A DNA stretch of 64,000 nt from an uncultured Actinomycetota bacterium. Its GTDB lineage: Bacteria; Actinomycetota; Actinomycetes; CAVWCF01. This document shows positions 58,376 through 64,000 of the stretch, one piece after another. Position 1 is the first letter of the stretch; each line of letters opens with the position of its first letter. Location of the stretch: assembly GCA_963753435.1 (NCBI GenBank), contig CAVWCF010000001.1, positions 896,001 through 960,000 on the forward strand, read 5' to 3'. The notes below the pieces were generated by a model. That model was not told where the DNA came from. It did not search any database and saw nothing but the letters and a program-made list of their open reading frames with translations. The position numbers and the translations under genes were made by a program.

Positions 58376-60735
58376 CGCGCGCTCCGAGCAGACAGGATCA
58401 GCACGCTGTCGGACACCGCCGCGGGGCCGCCGGCAATCGTGAGACTGCGAGCCCGGTCATCCAGCCATTGCTGCGTAGCCGATGGCAGCGCAGTCGGGGT
58501 GACCAGGACGACCGATCGCCCCAGTGCCCCGGCGGCCAGCGCGTCAGCCAGGTTGGCCGTCATGCCACTGGCGACAACGGCCAAATCCGGCGCTGTTGCG
58601 AAGGAGAAACCGTTGGCGACGGCGACCGCGGTTGCATAGCGGTCCGCCCCACCGAGCCGGGCGGCCTTGGGCAACTGGGTTCGCACCGTTTCCGAGATGA
58701 CGCCAGTGCTGCCAATGACCGAAGTGGCCGTCGTGCCCAACGCGGTCAGCGCTTGCTTGGTTGCCGCTGGAACCTCGTTCTTGCGGGTCAGCAGGATGGG
58801 CCGACCGGAGGCCGCGGCCGGACCTGCTGCCGACAAGGCGTCGACCAAGGAGGCGTCCTCACCGGATGCAACCACCGCGGCCGTTCCGGTCGGCGCCAGC
58901 GCTTCGGCCACCAGGCCGGCAGTTGCGAAGCGGTCGGCTCCGGAGATCTGAGTTACCGCGGCGCCAAGCGCGCGGACCTCGTTCAAAACCGTGGCCTGCA
59001 ACGCGCCTACCACGTAGACCTTGGTGGCACCGCGGCTGAGCAGTTCCGAGCGAACTGCTGGCGGGAGCTTGTCGTTGGCCGACAGCAGGACCGGTGCACC
59101 CAACTTCTTCGCGAGTGGGGCGACCACGAGCCCGTCGACGAGATTTCGCTGTTCACCGCTGACGAGGACGACGGTCTTCGCGCTTGGCGCCGCCTCGCGT
59201 CCCAGTGCCACGGCCGTGGCCCAACGGTCGGACCCCCCGGACCGCGACGCATTCGGGCAGGCCAGGCTTGCCCCGGCACTCTTCAAGACCGTGTAGTAGT
59301 ACTGCAGCGGACGCGACGTGCTGCCGGAGCCGGAAGCTGTCAGCGTCAACCGGAACCGGCCGATGCCTGCGGACGCGCCGCTGTCGGTCTTGCCGTCCCA
59401 CGGGATCAACCACGAACCCGCCCCGGCGTCCCCCGACCAGGTGCGCACTGTGGCTCCCGCGCAGAAGTCCTCCACGCGCAGCTGCCAGGACTGCGGAATC
59501 GAGGATGTCGCGCGGATCCTGGCAACGGCCGACCCCAACACGCCCGAGCCGGAGTCGAAGCTCGGGTTGAACAGGGCGGCCCCGATCAGCGAACGGGCGG
59601 CGCTGCGAATCGCCGACAGTTGGGAGAAGAGGTAGCGCCCCGGGCAGGCAGTGGAACCCACGTCGCGATGGGCCGCAAGCACCGGGATGGTCGCCTTCTG
59701 CCCGGCGGAGTACTTCGAAGTGCCGCCACCGCTGCTGGTCAAAGTCACCGAGCCAGTGGGGTCGCGGTGGAAAAGGTCCAGTTTCCAAGCAGCCACCCGC
59801 GATATCCCCTGCACCAGACCTGAGGTCGGAGAAGCGGTATCGAGGTTGCCGAGCGCAGCAATCGCGAAGGTGTCCGTGTTGAACCCACCGGTCGCGCCAC
59901 TCTGCACGGCCTTGTCGACGCCACCGGCGCGACCCTCGTAGATGCGGCCCGCCTGGTCGACGAGGAAGTTATATGGGATGTCGGAGTAGCCACGGCTGTT
60001 AACCGAGTACGCGTAGATGGCGCGAATGTCCTTGGCGGCGTCTGCCTGCGTCCAGCCCGACTTCTGCCAGTAGCTGTTCGACGACGCGGTGTGGTGCACG
60101 AAGCCGGCCCGGATCGTCGACATGTACTTGGGGCTGCCAGAGCGAAGCGACTCGTCAGCACCCCACTGGGCCCGGGACACGAATGCCGGGGTCGTTGCGG
60201 CTGCTTGCGCGCTGCTCACCGGAGTGGGAGTTATGGCGCCGTCGGCCGGCGAGGACCCGGGATCGATCAGTTCTACGCGAAGGTCCTTGGGCAACGCCTG
60301 CCCGCCGGCGACAACACGCACCTGCACTGCGTCGGAGTCCGGAGCGAGCAGTGGCTCGGTGCCGCCTCTGGTGACCTGTTGGCCTTCCTCGCTGTTCGCA
60401 TCCGGGCTGTCGTCGGACTGGTGTAGTTCGACCCACTCACCCCATTCGCCGCCGACCCGAGTCCGCACCTCGAACTCACTGCCGACCGGCTCGCGGCCGG
60501 ACCAGGTGATCCCGACGAGCCGGAACGGCTGCTCTGCCTCATGCGTGACCGTAGGCACAGACCCCGAGTCAGCGGCGAGCGAACTGGCTCCGGACGCCGT
60601 CAAGGAGACCTGCTCCACTACCGGGCTGACCGGTCGCGGCTTGGCCACGGCTGGCGTTGCCACTGGCAGGACCAAGACGGACCCGACGATGCCCGCTGCG
60701 GTGAGTGTGCTGAGCCAAATCCGTGGGGACAACAT
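58372..60735 (-). CDS. Amidase_2/PGRP-type MurNAc-L-Ala amidase + FlgD-like Ig domain + 3 CWB2 repeats
   Basis: Signal peptide from ATG 60735. SRAQWGADE, VHHTA, DIPYNFLVD, HRDV..TACPG, WDGKTDSG. CWB2 repeats GSDRWATA, GADRFATA, GADRYATA. Confidence 0.92.
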   Translation of the reverse strand: MLSPRIWLSTLTAAGIVGSVLVLPVATPAVAKPRPVSPVVEQVSLTASGASSLAADSGSVPTVTHEAEQPFRLVGITWSGREPVGSEFEVRTRVGGEWGEWVELHQSDDSPDANSEEGQQVTRGGTEPLLAPDSDAVQVRVVAGGQALPKDLRVELIDPGSSPADGAITPTPVSSAQAAATTPAFVSRAQWGADESLRSGSPKYMSTIRAGFVHHTASSNSYWQKSGWTQADAAKDIRAIYAYSVNSRGYSDIPYNFLVDQAGRIYEGRAGGVDKAVQSGATGGFNTDTFAIAALGNLDTASPTSGLVQGISRVAAWKLDLFHRDPTGSVTLTSSGGGTSKYSAGQKATIPVLAAHRDVGSTACPGRYLFSQLSAIRSAARSLIGAALFNPSFDSGSGVLGSAVARIRATSSIPQSWQLRVEDFCAGATVRTWSGDAGAGSWLIPWDGKTDSGASAGIGRFRLTLTASGSGSTSRPLQYYYTVLKSAGASLACPNASRSGGSDRWATAVALGREAAPSAKTVVLVSGEQRNLVDGLVVAPLAKKLGAPVLLSANDKLPPAVRSELLSRGATKVYVVGALQATVLNEVRALGAAVTQISGADRFATAGLVAEALAPTGTAAVVASGEDASLVDALSAAGPAAASGRPILLTRKNEVPAATKQALTALGTTATSVIGSTGVISETVRTQLPKAARLGGADRYATAVAVANGFSFATAPDLAVVASGMTANLADALAAGALGRSVVLVTPTALPSATQQWLDDRARSLTIAGGPAAVSDSVLILSARSAR

Positions 60736-60754
60736 TCCTCCGTCATTCCTCCGT
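60733..60754 (-). repeat. Perfect 11-bp tandem duplication of SD+ATG
   Basis: Minus strand reads ACGGAGGAATG ACGGAGGAATG. Confidence 0.9.
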
Positions 60755-60878
60755 AGCGTTATCGCAGGCGCCAGCGGAAGCCGCCTCACCCATTTGGAGG
60801 TATCGGGCCCCGCCGCCGCGGACTTGAACACCCTGAGGCCTCCGCGCGCAGACACGCCAGAGGGCGGCCGAAAGGATC

Positions 60879-62111
60879 ATGGACGAGCGCCTACGGTGTT
60901 CCCCCGTGAGCTTCGGACGGACTCGACTTCCCCGGGTGGAGTCCCTCACCGGCCTGCGCTGGTTCGCCGCCTTCGCCGTCTTCGCTCACCACCTGAACAA
61001 CTTCGCGCCCCTGCCGATCATCAAGGACATGGCGTTCGGTGTGACCGGCGTCACGTTCTTCTTCGTGCTCTCCGGGTTCGTGCTGACCTGGTCGGCGACC
61101 GCCAACGACACCGCCGGCCGGTTCTACTGGCGCAGGTTCGCCCGCATCTGGCCGTTGCTGGCGGTGTCGACCCTCCTGGCGATTCCGGTCTTCTACGGCT
61201 CATCCGACAGTTTCCAGAAGCCGTTGGATTCCACGGCGCTGATCGGCATCGTCTTGTGCCTGCTCCTGCTGCAGGCCTGGTCGGACAACCCCGCCATCTT
61301 CTTCGCCGGCAACCCGGCCGCCTGGTCCCTGAGTTGCGAGGCGTTCTTCTACGCGATCTTCCCGCCGACCATCCGCCGAGCGATGCCGCGGGGAGTCCCG
61401 GCCATGCTGATGGCCGCCGTCGGCCTCGTGATCGTGAGTTGGGCTCTCCTGTTGTGGCTGCGCTATGCACCACCGGACCCGGACTCACCGCTGCGCATCT
61501 TCTTCCGAGAGCCCATGTACCGGGTTCCGGAGTTCCTCTTGGGTGTTGTGCTTGGAGTGGCGGTTCGCGCCGGGTGGCGACCGCGCCTCTCGGTGCCCGC
61601 CGCGGTCGGGCTGGTCTTCCTCGGAATAGCCACCCTCGTCTTGTGGCGGCACAGCCCCGGCCTGACTGAGTCGTTCATGAAGCCAACTAGCGCCATGAAT
61701 CAACTAATGGCGCCGCTGTACGGCCTACTGATCGTCGCCGTTGCCGTCCGCGACGTTCGCGGTGGTCAGTCCCGACTGCAAACCGGCTGGTTGGTCGCGC
61801 TGGGCAAGTGGTCCTACGCCTTCTACCTGGTGCACGCCACGGTGATCTACACCTTCCGCCTCGTCCTCGGCGTACAGCCTTCGTCGTGGTCCAACGTCGT
61901 ATGGATCGGCCCCATGCTGCTGGCGTCAATCGCGGTTGCGGCCGCGTTGTACATATGGGTGGAGCACCCGACGGAACGGCGCCTGCGGGCCATGCTGCCG
62001 CCGCGGCCGGAAGAGCCCCCGACTGCCGACGACCCCGTTCCCGCTGCCACGACGACGGTTGCCGCTACGCGTGCGGACCCGGTCGACCGCGATGGCGGAT
62101 CAGCCCGCTGA
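60879..62111 (+). CDS. Acyltransferase-3 family membrane O-acyltransferase
   Basis: SLTGLRWFAA..V..HH, FFFVLSGF, RRFARIWP, WSLSCE.FFY, LGKWSYAFYLVH, VEHP. Confidence 0.93.
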   Translation: MDERLRCSPVSFGRTRLPRVESLTGLRWFAAFAVFAHHLNNFAPLPIIKDMAFGVTGVTFFFVLSGFVLTWSATANDTAGRFYWRRFARIWPLLAVSTLLAIPVFYGSSDSFQKPLDSTALIGIVLCLLLLQAWSDNPAIFFAGNPAAWSLSCEAFFYAIFPPTIRRAMPRGVPAMLMAAVGLVIVSWALLLWLRYAPPDPDSPLRIFFREPMYRVPEFLLGVVLGVAVRAGWRPRLSVPAAVGLVFLGIATLVLWRHSPGLTESFMKPTSAMNQLMAPLYGLLIVAVAVRDVRGGQSRLQTGWLVALGKWSYAFYLVHATVIYTFRLVLGVQPSSWSNVVWIGPMLLASIAVAAALYIWVEHPTERRLRAMLPPRPEEPPTADDPVPAATTTVAATRADPVDRDGGSAR

Positions 62112-64000
62112 CCCCAACCCAAGGAAGGGCGCCAGAACAGCAGCGCTCTTCCTGCCATCGTGGAGTTCAGAGACGAATCTCAGCCCGGACGCCGCGGATG
62201 CGCGGACCTGCTCCGGATCGCTGAGCAGCGCCAGGAGCACCTGCTCGAGCGAGTCCGCATCCGCCTGAACCACTGGTAGCGGCAACGGCAGGCGGTCGCG
62301 AACCGACGCGGTCACGTTGCCGACAACGCACCTGCCCGCGGCCATCGCTTCGCAGGCCAGGACCCCGTAGGAGCCGATCGCGAATTGATCGAGCACGATG
62401 TCTGCAGCGGCCATGGCTGCGGGCATTTCCTCCGGTGGAACACCCTGCAGCCGCCGATAGGTGAGTACCCCGTCCGCCTCCAGGCGCTGAAGCAGCGAAT
62501 CCACCCGGTCACTGCCCTTGAGGGAAGACCGCGATGGGGCATGCAGCACCACCGGCGGCCCGTCGTGCTCCAACGGCGTTGTCGACGTTGCCCACATCTG
62601 CATGTCCACCACCACCGGCAGCCACGTCGCGGTGGGCACGTCGTCCAGCAGGTCCGGCGTGGAAACAAAGACCGGCCCATCAAAGCTGTCGATGAGCGGC
62701 CGCAGCTCGGCCGTCACCCGGCTGAGCCGGGTGCTCAGTTCGCTGGTGGGGTCGGCGTACGGGGAGTGCAGATGCATACGACGGTGGCGGGCCGGGTCAC
62801 GCACTTCCGAACCGTGGAAGACCGCCGCGACCTCCAGGCCGTTGCTGCGCAGGGCTGCCGCATCGTCAGCGAAGGTGCGGCCATTGAGCAGCCCGGCGAT
62901 CGGGCGCCCTGCTTCCAGCAGGACGTGGGTCGCGGTGTCGCAGAGGTGCGCGAAGTACTGCTGCTGCCACTGCAGATCCTTCGCGTAGGTGTCCGGCGAG
63001 ATCCGCGTGTCCGCGGGGAAGTCCAAACCGCCCTTCTCCACGGCCAGCACCTCGGTCTGCACTTCGGGGTAGGCCCGGTGCACCGCCTGCGCCCACTGCC
63101 AGGCCTGCCCGGCCATGTTCGCCGGCCCAACGGCCAGGTGAGTCGCACCCGATGCCCGCCGGCCCGCCGCCGGTGTCGATTCCACCAAATCACCCGGATT
63201 GAGATCGGGCACGCGGCCAAGGTCCGCCCAGTTCGCCTCCGGCAGCAGCCGGCGATACAGCTGCGCCAGTTCGGCTTCCTGCGCCTCCCAGGTGAGTGGC
63301 GCAAGCAGCGCAGCGTCGGTGACACGTTCTCGGTATTCGACGTACCCGGCGCGCACCCGGCCCACGGCGTCAGCCAGCGACCGCGGATCGTCCGCAACGT
63401 GCACCTCGCCGGTTCCAGTCTCGGCGAGGAACTCCGCTTGGGTGCGGCAGTCACTGGCCACGACGGGCAGCCCCGCGTGCAGGTACTCGAAGAGTTTGTT
63501 GGTCAGCGCCATGTCGTGACTGCCGAAGTGCAGCAAGGGCAGCAGGCCGACATCAGCAGAGGACAGGAACGAAACGACGTCGCCAGGGGCTACCGGGTTG
63601 AGGAAGTGGACACGATCCGAAACACCAACCGATGCCGCTTGCTCCCGAAGTCGCCGCACCGCATACGTGTCGTTGTGTGGCACACACACAACGGCCAAGT
63701 GCGCGTCGGGGAGTTGCGACAGCGCGTCGATGGCCGTCTGCACTCCCCGGGCCACCGTCACCCCACCGGAGTAGACGAGCAACAGGGTGTCCGCATCCAG
63801 ACCACATTGCTCGCGGACGCCTTCCTGACGAGTTCCGCGGCGGCTCTCATCGTGGATCGGCGTGTTCAGGATCAGCGTCGGTTGCTGGCGTAACGAGTGC
63901 TCGCGCTGAAGCCGCGACGCGATCGCCGGGGAAACGGTGATGACTCCGTCGGCGCGGCGGATGAAGTCGGATTCCAGCGCCGCCCAAGCCGATCGCACTC
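62100..64000 (-). CDS. Multi-domain GT-B glycosyltransferase (GT4 + second GT-like module), 5'-partial
   Basis: ITVS, YSGG...RG, NKLFEYLHAGLPVVASD, then HAPS...KGS...DIVLDQ...YGVLACEAMAAG. Confidence 0.88.
   Translation of the reverse strand, partial: VRSAWAALESDFIRRADGVITVSPAIASRLQREHSLRQQPTLILNTPIHDESRRGTRQEGVREQCGLDADTLLLVYSGGVTVARGVQTAIDALSQLPDAHLAVVCVPHNDTYAVRRLREQAASVGVSDRVHFLNPVAPGDVVSFLSSADVGLLPLLHFGSHDMALTNKLFEYLHAGLPVVASDCRTQAEFLAETGTGEVHVADDPRSLADAVGRVRAGYVEYRERVTDAALLAPLTWEAQEAELAQLYRRLLPEANWADLGRVPDLNPGDLVESTPAAGRRASGATHLAVGPANMAGQAWQWAQAVHRAYPEVQTEVLAVEKGGLDFPADTRISPDTYAKDLQWQQQYFAHLCDTATHVLLEAGRPIAGLLNGRTFADDAAALRSNGLEVAAVFHGSEVRDPARHRRMHLHSPYADPTSELSTRLSRVTAELRPLIDSFDGPVFVSTPDLLDDVPTATWLPVVVDMQMWATSTTPLEHDGPPVVLHAPSRSSLKGSDRVDSLLQRLEADGVLTYRRLQGVPPEEMPAAMAAADIVLDQFAIGSYGVLACEAMAAGRCVVGNVTASVRDRLPLPLPVVQADADSLEQVLLALLSDPEQVRASAASGLRFVSELHDGRKSAAVLAPFLGLGSAG

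Noticed and set aside
5102-63893. Long antisense or alternate-frame ORFs (e.g. 5102-6445, 35578-37707, 45281-46648, 62385-63893)
   Set aside because: They are shadows of well-supported genes, expected at high GC, and have no recognisable motifs.

Overview
High-GC actinobacterial core chromosome. No rRNA, tRNA, CRISPR array or mobile element was found. Gene order: sigH/sigR (partial), alpha/beta-hydrolase, SRAP | aroA-rsgA | WS/DGAT-patatin-DUF6912-like-pruA-gdh | His-motif lipoprotein + membrane protein, HAD, MFS | a six-gene uncharacterised module beside secA (CpaE-like ATPase, SAF/CpaB-like protein, BldC/Xis-like HTH, tandem Sm/Hfq-like protein, LysM protein, Rv3235 family) | secA, GNAT, YcaQ-like glycosylase, atypical LuxR regulator, hpf, comF, lpqB-mtrB-mtrA | ahcY, manA, Trm112-like, pmm, Zn-ribbon, DUF3499, zincin-like, DUF5719, large GT2, whiB2 | F420 genes fbiC-fbiA-fbiB | envelope-glycan genes with three tandem CWB2-anchored peptidoglycan hydrolases. 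Best candidates for undescribed biology: (1) the secA-adjacent module, with 10-bp-phased repeats in both divergent intergenic regions and a double Sm/Hfq-like protein; (2) the CWB2 amidase + SpoIID + Zn-peptidase trio inside a glycan locus; (3) the His-rich lipoprotein/membrane pair; (4) a two-promoter sigR with a possible ACG start. Family calls come from motif recognition by eye. No searches were run, and several starts were re-assigned from -10/SD positions.
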